Assembly (NCBI GenBank): GCA_021827485.1
Contig: JAKAVM010000106.1
Span: 45,277 to 109,276, forward strand
Source of the DNA: Actinomycetes bacterium
GTDB taxonomy: Bacteria; Actinomycetota; Acidimicrobiia; Acidimicrobiales; JAKAVM01
DNA: 64,000 nucleotides
Direction of reading: 5' to 3'
Position numbers and translations under genes: made by a program
Part shown: piece by piece, positions 14,670 through 23,082 of the stretch
How the letters are laid out: each line of letters opens with the position of its first letter
How positions within the stretch are numbered: the stretch's first letter is position 1
Notes under the pieces: model-generated
What the model was told of the DNA's origin: nothing
What the model saw: only the letters and a program-made list of their open reading frames with translations
Database searches by the model: none

Positions 14670-17416
14670 TCTTCATCTCCTATTTTGGTTAGGTTCACAT
14701 AAACAGCCCGGTCGGCCGGAACAGGTTGCCAGCCAAAAGGGATATATCGTAAGTGTCCGTATTTTCCGACCAGATGTAGCCATTTCACCATGCCGGGTTC
14801 TACCTCATTTGAGCCTTTCCACTGTGAAAACATGTGTGGCTCAAATCCGTTATAGACGACAATTTGACCCGGTCGAATCCGTGGTGTGATTCGAACCATT
14901 GCACTAAAGTCACCATGGTCGTTACTGACTCTGACAAACTCGCCATCTTCGATGGAGATAGTGGCTGCATCTAGAGTGTTTAGGATAACCAGTGGTCTCC
15001 CGCGGTGTGTTCCTAATAGAGCGGAATTACCCATGTTGATAGAATGTACTGTCCAGCGAGAGTGACCACTGGTCAAGACATATTGACCATCTCCACCTTG
15101 TCGAGGAGGTTCTTTGTGGCGCGGAAGGTGCTCATCTGCCTCTAGAAACCAAGGATGGTCTATATAAAACTGAGCACGACGCACGAGAGTTGGAAACGGA
15201 AGACCTTTTTCAGTATGCCAAGAGAAAGCAGTCATGACTTTGTCCGGCAATACGTCGGAGGCAACAGATAATCCCGGAGAGAAAACTCCTAAGTCGGTAA
15301 AGCGGATACTTCCCTTGTCTCGAAGCGAGGTTATCGAGCTATCACGAGGAAGGGTACCCGCCATTGCTGAGTCACGTACCCACTCATCGAGGACATCTTC
15401 GTCAGATGCGAAAGCTCCTTGTAATACAAAATCTTTGCCGAGTGTGTCAAGATTGCGGGTAACTCTTCTTGAATCTACGTAGTTGTGCATACCTCGAGAT
15501 AGCGCTTTTTCTGATATATGATTCGCTAGCTCGCTGAAAATTTCCCACTCACTCCTAACGTTTTCAGGGGGAGGGACGGATTTGTCAGAGAAGGAAAGCC
15601 GGAGCATGTGAGTAATCGGATATTGTAGGTTCACTCGTTCATAGGCCATTGCGGCAGGCAGGATTAGATCAGCATGAAGAGCTGTAGTAGACATCCGGAA
15701 GTCAACCACGATTATTTTTTCGAGTTCATCCCATAAGTCGGACAACATTCTATTTCGTCCTCCTCGAGTCCTTCGCAAGGGGTTAGTGCCGACACAGAAT
15801 AGGACTTTTGGAGTGGTTGATGCACTTGGTCTGTTTACTCCTCCCCACCATCCTTTCCGGGTTGCTTCTGTTAGGTAAGACTCGAAATCTTTAGTCATGG
15901 ATTTATCAGACCAATCGGGATTGTTCCATGATTGTTCGTATCCACAGTGGTAGTAGTTAAAAAATATTGGGGGTGCGCTGGTGCCAGAAGCCGCAGCGAG
16001 GTGGATAAGTTGACTTCCTGCTATCTCGTCAGTCATAGATGGATCGGATGAACGAATCTCCTCTACGGCTCGATCAATTCCATCGAGAATTCGGGCAGTT
16101 TCCTCAACCCCTTTGGCTGACTTCATGGAAAATAGCAAGTACCCATCCAGCCCAGCTAAGGCAAGACCTTGAATACCTGTCCCGGGTTTACCCCAATTGC
16201 CAGTTAAGGCGGCAAGTAAGCACATCGAGCGCTCCATTAGGTCGCCGTGGAAATACTTTGGTCCGTTGAAACCTTCGAGGATTTTTGTCGGTTTAGTCGC
16301 AACAAGATGCGCAAGATGCCGAATCATTTGAGGACTAACTCCACAAATAGGGCTAGCCAGTTCGGGGGTATAGCCTTCCAGGCGCTCCTGGAGAAGTGTA
16401 AATACTGTTGTCACTTGCGTACTTATCCCACTGGCAAGTGTAACGGTCCAAGTCCCGACTAATTCAGGCGAAATGTCCCCCAACACAAGGCTATCTCGTC
16501 GAGCTTGGGAGAGCCCGAGTGACTTATCCCAGTGGTAGAACTGGTCATCACTTCCATCGACGGACATATCACTTGATCTAAGAAATCGCCGACTCTCTTT
16601 GACGACTAAGAGAGGTAAGTCTGACTGTGAACAAACAAAATCTTCATCCATCATTTGTTCTTCAATAATTACTTGACACATCGAAAGTGCGAGAGCCGCA
16701 TCACTACCAGGTGTGATTGGAACAAAGTAGTCAGAGTGGATTGCTGAAGCATTATAGTCAGGTGCAATCGCAATTACAGTAGCTCCCCGATATCTATTCT
16801 CGGAAATAAAGTGATGATAAGGGATAGATGTATAAGCAGGATTCGAATGCCATTGTAGAATTAGCTGTGATTTGAAAGTATCATCTACCGTGCTAGCGCA
16901 TGAGAACTTTCCAAAAGTTATGTGTTGGCCCGTCGGCAAATCGTTGACTAATCCATTTGCATCGAGCGTTACCGCACCCAATAGGCCTGCCAATCTCAAG
17001 AAAGACGCTTGGCTCATCAGTCCCCCCTCAACACTCTCTTCAAAGATCACTGAGTCTGAACCTTCTTCAACTATAGCGTCCAAGATCGAATCTGCTATTT
17101 CATCTAAAGCCTCTTGCCACGAGATCTCTTCCCACTGGCCAGACCCGCGTTCTCCTACTCTGCGAAGAGGGTGTAGGATACGATCTGGTGACGTGAGCTG
17201 GCGACTCCAAGCGCTCCCTTTTTGGCAGCCCAGCGGATTGAGGTCAGGTACTTGGCTTTCGATTGATTCAATATGACCACCCTGCTCTTCAAAAAGGACT
17301 TTACCGTCTCTAACATAAACTTTATAGGGACAAGCAGCTAAGCAATTAACACAGTGAGTTCCCCAGGCGGTCTTATCCCATGTCCAACGTGCTCGATAAG
17401 TCTCGGCAGTCCGCAC
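14666..17416 (-). CDS. Type-II DMSO-reductase-family Mo-bisPGD catalytic subunit, paralogue 2 (alpha2), no signal peptide
   Basis: 916 aa. RARWTWDKTAWGTHCVNCLAACPYKVYV plus NPLGCQKG form the FS0 His/Cys motif. NDLPTGQHITFG sits at the NarG Asp-ligand segment. Alignable along its length with alpha1. GTG start inside the last unit of a 16-bp repeat. Confidence 0.85.
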   Translation of the reverse strand: MRTAETYRARWTWDKTAWGTHCVNCLAACPYKVYVRDGKVLFEEQGGHIESIESQVPDLNPLGCQKGSAWSRQLTSPDRILHPLRRVGERGSGQWEEISWQEALDEIADSILDAIVEEGSDSVIFEESVEGGLMSQASFLRLAGLLGAVTLDANGLVNDLPTGQHITFGKFSCASTVDDTFKSQLILQWHSNPAYTSIPYHHFISENRYRGATVIAIAPDYNASAIHSDYFVPITPGSDAALALSMCQVIIEEQMMDEDFVCSQSDLPLLVVKESRRFLRSSDMSVDGSDDQFYHWDKSLGLSQARRDSLVLGDISPELVGTWTVTLASGISTQVTTVFTLLQERLEGYTPELASPICGVSPQMIRHLAHLVATKPTKILEGFNGPKYFHGDLMERSMCLLAALTGNWGKPGTGIQGLALAGLDGYLLFSMKSAKGVEETARILDGIDRAVEEIRSSDPSMTDEIAGSQLIHLAAASGTSAPPIFFNYYHCGYEQSWNNPDWSDKSMTKDFESYLTEATRKGWWGGVNRPSASTTPKVLFCVGTNPLRRTRGGRNRMLSDLWDELEKIIVVDFRMSTTALHADLILPAAMAYERVNLQYPITHMLRLSFSDKSVPPPENVRSEWEIFSELANHISEKALSRGMHNYVDSRRVTRNLDTLGKDFVLQGAFASDEDVLDEWVRDSAMAGTLPRDSSITSLRDKGSIRFTDLGVFSPGLSVASDVLPDKVMTAFSWHTEKGLPFPTLVRRAQFYIDHPWFLEADEHLPRHKEPPRQGGDGQYVLTSGHSRWTVHSINMGNSALLGTHRGRPLVILNTLDAATISIEDGEFVRVSNDHGDFSAMVRITPRIRPGQIVVYNGFEPHMFSQWKGSNEVEPGMVKWLHLVGKYGHLRYIPFGWQPVPADRAVYVNLTKIGDEE

Positions 17417-17485
17417 CTTAGCTTGACACCACCTTAGATTGATACCACCTTAGATTGATACCACCTTAGCTTGACTGCACCTTAG
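17414..17485. repeat. Tandem 16-bp repeat x4.5 (minus strand CTAAGGTG + 8 nt) filling the delta/alpha2 intergenic gap
   Basis: CACCTTAG recurs at 17414, 17430, 17446, 17462 and 17478. The first minus-strand unit carries the TAA stop of the chaperone gene. The last carries the GTG start of alpha2. Confidence 0.95.
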
Positions 17486-18174
17486 TTCGACTGAGGCGAT
17501 GGTGCCAGGATAGTGTCGAGGTAGATAATATCCTTGGCGACAAAGACTTCAAGGTAACGAAGACCCCACGCAATTGCCGGGATCAGAGTCGTGGGGTTTG
17601 AACGTGCGACGAGCCCTGTTACGAGACCTTCAAGGAAGCGAGAAAGAAAATCTGCCTGCGCCCTACGATAAGAAGAGCGAAGGCGGTCAGAGCTTGTGGC
17701 CGCTTCCTTAAAGCACAGAAATCCCATGAACTCAAGCTCAGTGGATAAGTGGTCTGCCCTATGAGCATCTGAGGCGCCTGTAGCCAGACCGAAATACTCA
17801 TACTCACGCTGCACATCATGAATAGTTTGTGCATTATCGCCACTATAAAAACTAGATTCGAGGGGAGATCCATTTTCATCAGATCCCTGGAACGCTAAAG
17901 ACCACTGAGACTCAAATTCTTGGCTATCAAGGCCAGAAAGATCAATCGGAAGGTCGACATCTAATTTATATGGCAGCAGCTCAGATGCACTTTCAAGCTC
18001 TTTGACCCAGATCCCATCGCGACTTTTTGCAAAATGACTAGAGTCAGCGCCACTAAACCATTTTGCAAAAAGTTGATATAACGCACTGCGAGAAGTTGTT
18101 TCATTTTCTTCAACTTCTTGCAGGGTTTCTCCTGCAGCTTTGATTTCTAAACCTGATAGTGAATATGTGAACAT
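17482..18174 (-). CDS. TorD/NarJ/DmsD-family redox-enzyme maturation chaperone (delta)
   Basis: 230 aa, acidic and helical. Sits after the beta subunit as in narGHJ and ebdABCD. SALYQLFAKWF and HLSTELEFMGFL resemble the TorD-family core. The call rests on position plus weak motif resemblance. Confidence 0.7.
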   Translation of the reverse strand: MFTYSLSGLEIKAAGETLQEVEENETTSRSALYQLFAKWFSGADSSHFAKSRDGIWVKELESASELLPYKLDVDLPIDLSGLDSQEFESQWSLAFQGSDENGSPLESSFYSGDNAQTIHDVQREYEYFGLATGASDAHRADHLSTELEFMGFLCFKEAATSSDRLRSSYRRAQADFLSRFLEGLVTGLVARSNPTTLIPAIAWGLRYLEVFVAKDIIYLDTILAPSPQSN

Positions 18175-18191
18175 TAGTTTCTCCTTATCAA

Positions 18192-19334
18192 CTAAGACCG
18201 ATTTGCAGTTCGTCTTGAAGTATCGATGCTTACTGCTACAGTTTCAGGTCTGCGATCGAGTGAAGCTGGGTCAGTTGTGTACGGCCCAAAAAGCTCATTC
18301 CAGTGGTAAACAATTAGAGTATCCAAGATTTCTGAGCTGCCTCCAGAGCGCACAGTATCAAGTTCGCTGCGAAGCTTATCCATAACCGCATGAACCTTCG
18401 GGCCAAAAAGACTTTCCAGATATTCAGGGGGAATTCGAGGAGTCTCATAGTCTATTGACATGTCATCGTTGAGGCGATATGGAGACAAAGGCGGGATATA
18501 AAAGATATTCGGCCCAGTTCCATATTCGGGGTGGAGCGGAAGAGCAATCTCCCATTCATGTACCAACTTGTGGATTGGACCATTCTTATCGTTTGCCATT
18601 CCGACAAAAACAAGTCGACCTGGGCACTGACGGGCGCACGCTGGTGCTACGCCAACTTCGAGCCTTGGGAAGCATAGAATGCAGTGCTGGGCTACATTGC
18701 GAGCGTAATTGAAGTAGATCTTCTTGTAAGGACAGGCCTCCATGCAAAAGCGCGAACCTTGACAGATCTCTTCATCGCGCAAAACAGCTCCATCTTCAGA
18801 TCTTTTGTACATTGCCCCGGATGGACATGCAGTTATGCAAACTGGGTAGGTGCAATGGTTACAAAGTCTCGGGAGATAAAAATAGTACGCGTTAGGATAT
18901 TCACCAGCACCTTGATCTTCGTCCCAGTTCATTCCCCATTTCGTAGTACCGTCGCCCTTGTCTTTAGGTGCTAAATGGACCGATCGACCTTTGCCTCCAT
19001 AGAATACTTCGTCATAATTAAACTCCCATCCGCCACCAAACTCCTCTCTTGTGGGTTGGTGCCCTGGATTTGGCTGGTTCTGATTCCACCCACCCCCCAT
19101 TTGCTCCCAAGCCTTCGGCGTGCCCTGGCCTGGCTGCGTGTTCACCGTCATCCACCACTGATGCTCTTCGCCCTCTTCCCTAGTCCACAGTACCTTGCAA
19201 GCAATGGAGCAGGTTTGGCAACCCATACATTTATTCAAGTCGAAAACCATCGACACCTGATGATCGGTTGCCAAAGATTCTCTGGTAACTTCCGAGTTAG
19301 CAGTTGCGTTATTTCCCTCTAGGCGATCTGTCAT
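18192..19334 (-). CDS. Type-II DMSO-reductase-family iron-sulfur beta subunit (NarH/EbdB-like)
   Basis: VSMVFDLNKCMGCQTCSIACKVLWT, CNHCTYPVCITACP, CQGSRFCMEACPY (NarH CxGWRxC-type group) and CILCFPRLEVGVAPACARQCP. Confidence 0.9.
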   Translation of the reverse strand: MTDRLEGNNATANSEVTRESLATDHQVSMVFDLNKCMGCQTCSIACKVLWTREEGEEHQWWMTVNTQPGQGTPKAWEQMGGGWNQNQPNPGHQPTREEFGGGWEFNYDEVFYGGKGRSVHLAPKDKGDGTTKWGMNWDEDQGAGEYPNAYYFYLPRLCNHCTYPVCITACPSGAMYKRSEDGAVLRDEEICQGSRFCMEACPYKKIYFNYARNVAQHCILCFPRLEVGVAPACARQCPGRLVFVGMANDKNGPIHKLVHEWEIALPLHPEYGTGPNIFYIPPLSPYRLNDDMSIDYETPRIPPEYLESLFGPKVHAVMDKLRSELDTVRSGGSSEILDTLIVYHWNELFGPYTTDPASLDRRPETVAVSIDTSRRTANRS

Positions 19335-19341
19335 TTTCTAT

Positions 19342-20046
19342 TTACAACCTTCCTGTTTGCTCTAAGCCGATCCACTGTGGACTTACTGATCCAATGCCTG
19401 CTCGCTCTTGGTTAGATCCATCCCAAATGGCGATCCCCATTTTCTCGATATTGTTAGCGCCTTCATACTCACCGGAAATTACGACCGTCCAATGATTGTC
19501 ACTCTTGAGAGCCTGGACACTGAGAGAGGCGGTTGTCGCAACGTCCTTATTGGACCTGACTGATTCGTTTAGATTGGGTCTAAAGACACCAGGGCCACTT
19601 GCATAAAGCTCTTTGATAGGTGGCAGATCACGCTGGATAGGAAGTTGATCGCGCCAGTACCATAGACGAACGGGTGCTTGGTGAGTACCTATTGTCAATG
19701 GCGCTGCTCCAGGCTGGTCTCCCTGGCCATTGGCTACAAAGTCAAGGGGGAAAAAAATAGCTGCCGCATCAGTGAACTCACCATCAAAGCCATCCTCTTT
19801 TTCGCTTGCGTTCCCATCAACCTTGTCCCATTCAAGACGAGCAAGTATCTTATTTCCACTGCGTGCAAGTGATAGTTGAGCAGATCGGGTCAATCCATAT
19901 TCGCGATCTGCCCATTTGGTTCTAATGTATGCATTGGGCTGGGAAGTTATCGGTATCGGGACTAGGGCGACTTGCTCTGTATCGATTCCGGACCAATCCA
20001 ATTCCAATAAATTGTTTGTACTTCCTTTTATTTCTGACACATTCAT
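19342..20046 (-). CDS. EB_dh/DOMON-like gamma-type subunit, no signal peptide
   Basis: 234 aa. LARLEWDK...FTDAAAIFFP...VRLWYWR...WTVVISGEY...MGIAIWDGSNQERAG..SPQW follows the ethylbenzene-dehydrogenase gamma (heme-b subunit) pattern. The N-terminus MNVSEIKGSTNN is not a signal peptide. Confidence 0.6.
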   Translation of the reverse strand: MNVSEIKGSTNNLLELDWSGIDTEQVALVPIPITSQPNAYIRTKWADREYGLTRSAQLSLARSGNKILARLEWDKVDGNASEKEDGFDGEFTDAAAIFFPLDFVANGQGDQPGAAPLTIGTHQAPVRLWYWRDQLPIQRDLPPIKELYASGPGVFRPNLNESVRSNKDVATTASLSVQALKSDNHWTVVISGEYEGANNIEKMGIAIWDGSNQERAGIGSVSPQWIGLEQTGRL

Positions 20047-20050
20047 TTTT

Positions 20051-22948
20051 TCAATGCCTTCCTAACTCCGAATTAGCTTTTGCAAAATCACAAGGTACTC
20101 CTCGATCAACCGGTATTGGTTGCCACTCAGCCATTGTGTAGTTGATGTGACCATACCCTCCAGCAAATGCGATCCACTTGACCATGCCTGCCTCAATTTC
20201 ATTAGCACCACTCCACTGATCGTACTGATGCCCATCCCAGCCGTTATATGAAATAATCTGACCAGGGCGAACCCCAGGGGATACTTTTGCTCGAGCGGTA
20301 AATGAAGATATATCGTTCCATACTCTTATGAGGTCGTTATCTTCTACTGAGCGCTGTTTCGCATCGATAGGGGATACTTCTATGTTTGGTTCACCGCGAT
20401 GAGTTTGAAGAATGATCGGATTCAACTGATTCATCGAATGAATACTCCACCTGTTATGTCCTGAGGTCATACGAAGTGGGTGATTTCCGCCAGAGAGTGG
20501 ATTGGGCTTGTGACAGGGAAGCTCTTCGTGGGCTTCAATCCACCAGGGGTGATCAATATAAAACTGCGCACGTCGAGCGTATGTCGGGAATGGAGCCCCT
20601 TTTTCTAGATGATCTCGAAAAGGCGTATGTGTCTTGTGGGTTTCAAACGGTGACGCCTGGGCCAAGGCAAACGGACTACCGCCCCATCCAATAAAGCGTT
20701 CATGGCCGACTTCACGCATCCTTGCAAGGTCAGTACGTTCTGGAAGTGTACCAGCGTAAGCCGAATCACGAATTATCTCATCAAAAAGCTTTTCCTCACT
20801 TTCGATGTAACCGTTCAATGTAAATGAATTCCACATCTCGTTCGGAATAAAAGATGCTCCAAATCTATTGGTGTACTCAGTAATTCCTCTAGCTTGTGCT
20901 CGCTCGGCAAATCTTTTCAGTATGATTTGGTAAATTTCCCACTCAGGTTTTGCTTCTCCAGCTGGATCGGCATTTCTGTCTGAAAAGGTTAGATTCATCA
21001 CATGAGAAGTCGGTATGTGTAGGTTAACCTTCTCATAATGCTGGGCAGCTGGCAGAACTATGTCAGAGTTGAGGCCAGTAAAATTGAGTCGGAAGTCGAT
21101 AGATACTATTAGGTCAAGCCTGTCCCATAGATTTTCACCTAACTGGGTCCAACCTCCCCTTGTGCGACGGAGCATGTTACCCCCGCACTCAATCAACATT
21201 TTAGGAGGCTCGTCTGGCCGTGGATGATCTAGACCTTGCCACCAACCGTTGGCTATTGCTTCCTCGAAGTATTCGTTGAATTTACGCGGTAGGGATTCGT
21301 CCCCCCACTCGGCCTTTTCCCAACGCTCCTTGAAGCCTCCTTGCCAGTACCACCAAAAGGCTGGAGGAGAACCAGTTTGCCTAGTCCCGGGAAAGATTCC
21401 CTGACTCTTGGCGATCATGCGCGATAACTCTCTCACAGCAAGCTCATCGGTGGTGATACTGGGATCTGCTTTGCGAAGAGCTTCTGTTGCAGCTTGTTGG
21501 GTGGAGAATAGCTGTTCTGCACCTTCAACACCGGGGACGGTTTTGACCATAATCGTAAACATGCCATCTGCCATACCAATCATCCATGATCGGATCCCCG
21601 TGCCAGCCTTGCCCCAATTGCCAGTAACAGCAAGTAGAAGGCACATAGATCTTTCCATAAGGTCACCGTGGTAGTACTTGCAGGAATTCCATCCCAACAT
21701 TATGTCTGTGCGTTTCGAAGCAGCTTTACGCGCCAACGTTCGCACAACATCAGGGTGGATTCCAGTAATACTTTGTGCCTTTTCGGGTGTATAGTTCGCG
21801 TTTACGTGGTTTTTCAGCAGCTCCATGACTGGTGAAACCTGAACCTGCGTCCCATCACCGAGTGTAACTTGGTAGGTTCCTTCCAGGGCAACACTTCTTC
21901 CGTTCAATAGCAAGTTCCCCCTATTTGCTTCTACTAGACCGCTTTGAAGATCCCAGTGATATAGCTGGTCCTCTCTGGCCTTTGAGGTGGTCGCGCCCTC
22001 TTGGCTAGGTGCGTTCTCATCTGTTGACTCAAGGTCGCATTGACGCAAGAAGCGCTTATTGTCGAGTCGGACCAAGCACGGTAGATCAGTTTGCTCTGAG
22101 ATAAATGTTGTATCGGCGATCTCTTCTTCGAGAATTACTTGAACCATTGCTAGAGCAAGTGCTGCATCGGCTCCCGGAACAATTGGAACATGATAGTCGG
22201 CGTGCATATGTGATGCATTTAGGTCAGGAGAAATCGAAACGACTTCTGCTCCCTTATATCGTGCTTCGAGCATGAAATGATAGAACGGAATGCGAGTGAA
22301 AGCGGGATTCATGTGCCAAATCATTATGATCGGAAAGTGGAACCAGTCATCAGCTGATGAAGCAGGATTCCACTTTCCAAAAGTCTCATGGAGTCCAATC
22401 GAAAAATCGTTAAACGATGGGTGTAGGTCGAGAGTTCGTCCTCCAATTACATTGAAGAAACGGTCTGTTGGCATAACCGCGGCAACCTCAGGTGTTCCCT
22501 CGCGCACTATTGACTCAGGGCCAGCTTTTTCAATAGCATCCAACATGCCATCAGCAATCTCGTCAAGGGCTTGATCCCAAGATATCTGTTCCCATTTACC
22601 CTCCCCACGTTCACCAACTCGCTTGAGTGGATGTAAGACTCTATCGGCCTGATAAAGTTGCTGACTCCAAGAGGCACCCTTGTTACATCCCATAGGGTTG
22701 AAGTCAGGAACCCCATCTTCAACTACGGAAAATGTTGCCGCAGCCTCTTCGCGAACTACTTTGCCATCTGTGACATAGACTCTGAAAGGACAGTTGCCGG
22801 GATAGCAATCGACGCAATGAGTGCCCCAACCGACTTTATCCCAAGCCCAACGTGATCGTAAGTTTGCCTCGCTTGCTTCATGTGGCGAAAACGCAACCGT
22901 TTCGCTTGGTGCTTTGCTTTCCACGGAACTACTTTTTGCAAGAGTCAC
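20051..22948 (-). CDS. Type-II DMSO-reductase-family Mo-bisPGD catalytic subunit, paralogue 1 (alpha1), no Tat signal
   Basis: 965 aa. RSRWAWDKVGWGTHCVDCYPGNCPFRVYV plus NPMGCNKG form the FS0 motif. NDFSIGLHETFG sits at the Asp-ligand segment. The GTG start is preceded by AAGGAGG (plus-strand 22959-22965). No RR motif in the N-terminus. Confidence 0.9.
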   Translation of the reverse strand: MTLAKSSSVESKAPSETVAFSPHEASEANLRSRWAWDKVGWGTHCVDCYPGNCPFRVYVTDGKVVREEAAATFSVVEDGVPDFNPMGCNKGASWSQQLYQADRVLHPLKRVGERGEGKWEQISWDQALDEIADGMLDAIEKAGPESIVREGTPEVAAVMPTDRFFNVIGGRTLDLHPSFNDFSIGLHETFGKWNPASSADDWFHFPIIMIWHMNPAFTRIPFYHFMLEARYKGAEVVSISPDLNASHMHADYHVPIVPGADAALALAMVQVILEEEIADTTFISEQTDLPCLVRLDNKRFLRQCDLESTDENAPSQEGATTSKAREDQLYHWDLQSGLVEANRGNLLLNGRSVALEGTYQVTLGDGTQVQVSPVMELLKNHVNANYTPEKAQSITGIHPDVVRTLARKAASKRTDIMLGWNSCKYYHGDLMERSMCLLLAVTGNWGKAGTGIRSWMIGMADGMFTIMVKTVPGVEGAEQLFSTQQAATEALRKADPSITTDELAVRELSRMIAKSQGIFPGTRQTGSPPAFWWYWQGGFKERWEKAEWGDESLPRKFNEYFEEAIANGWWQGLDHPRPDEPPKMLIECGGNMLRRTRGGWTQLGENLWDRLDLIVSIDFRLNFTGLNSDIVLPAAQHYEKVNLHIPTSHVMNLTFSDRNADPAGEAKPEWEIYQIILKRFAERAQARGITEYTNRFGASFIPNEMWNSFTLNGYIESEEKLFDEIIRDSAYAGTLPERTDLARMREVGHERFIGWGGSPFALAQASPFETHKTHTPFRDHLEKGAPFPTYARRAQFYIDHPWWIEAHEELPCHKPNPLSGGNHPLRMTSGHNRWSIHSMNQLNPIILQTHRGEPNIEVSPIDAKQRSVEDNDLIRVWNDISSFTARAKVSPGVRPGQIISYNGWDGHQYDQWSGANEIEAGMVKWIAFAGGYGHINYTMAEWQPIPVDRGVPCDFAKANSELGRH

Positions 22949-23082
22949 GGAGTAACGACCTCCTTATACATTGAGAAACACTGAGAAAGATTTTGTAGTT
23001 TTGTACCAGACAAATATACGAGCTAATCTAAGCCTGTAATAGAGCCGAAAGTCCCATAGCATTTGCACGGATTGTGGTTGAA

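Noticed and set aside
14666-22948. Calling the Mo enzyme a respiratory nitrate reductase NarGHJI
   Set aside because: The alpha subunits are 965 and 916 aa, which is EBDH/Ser/Clr/Ddh size, against roughly 1200+ aa for NarG. No NarI-type di-heme b membrane subunit is present. An EB_dh-type subunit is present instead. Substrate cannot be assigned from sequence alone.
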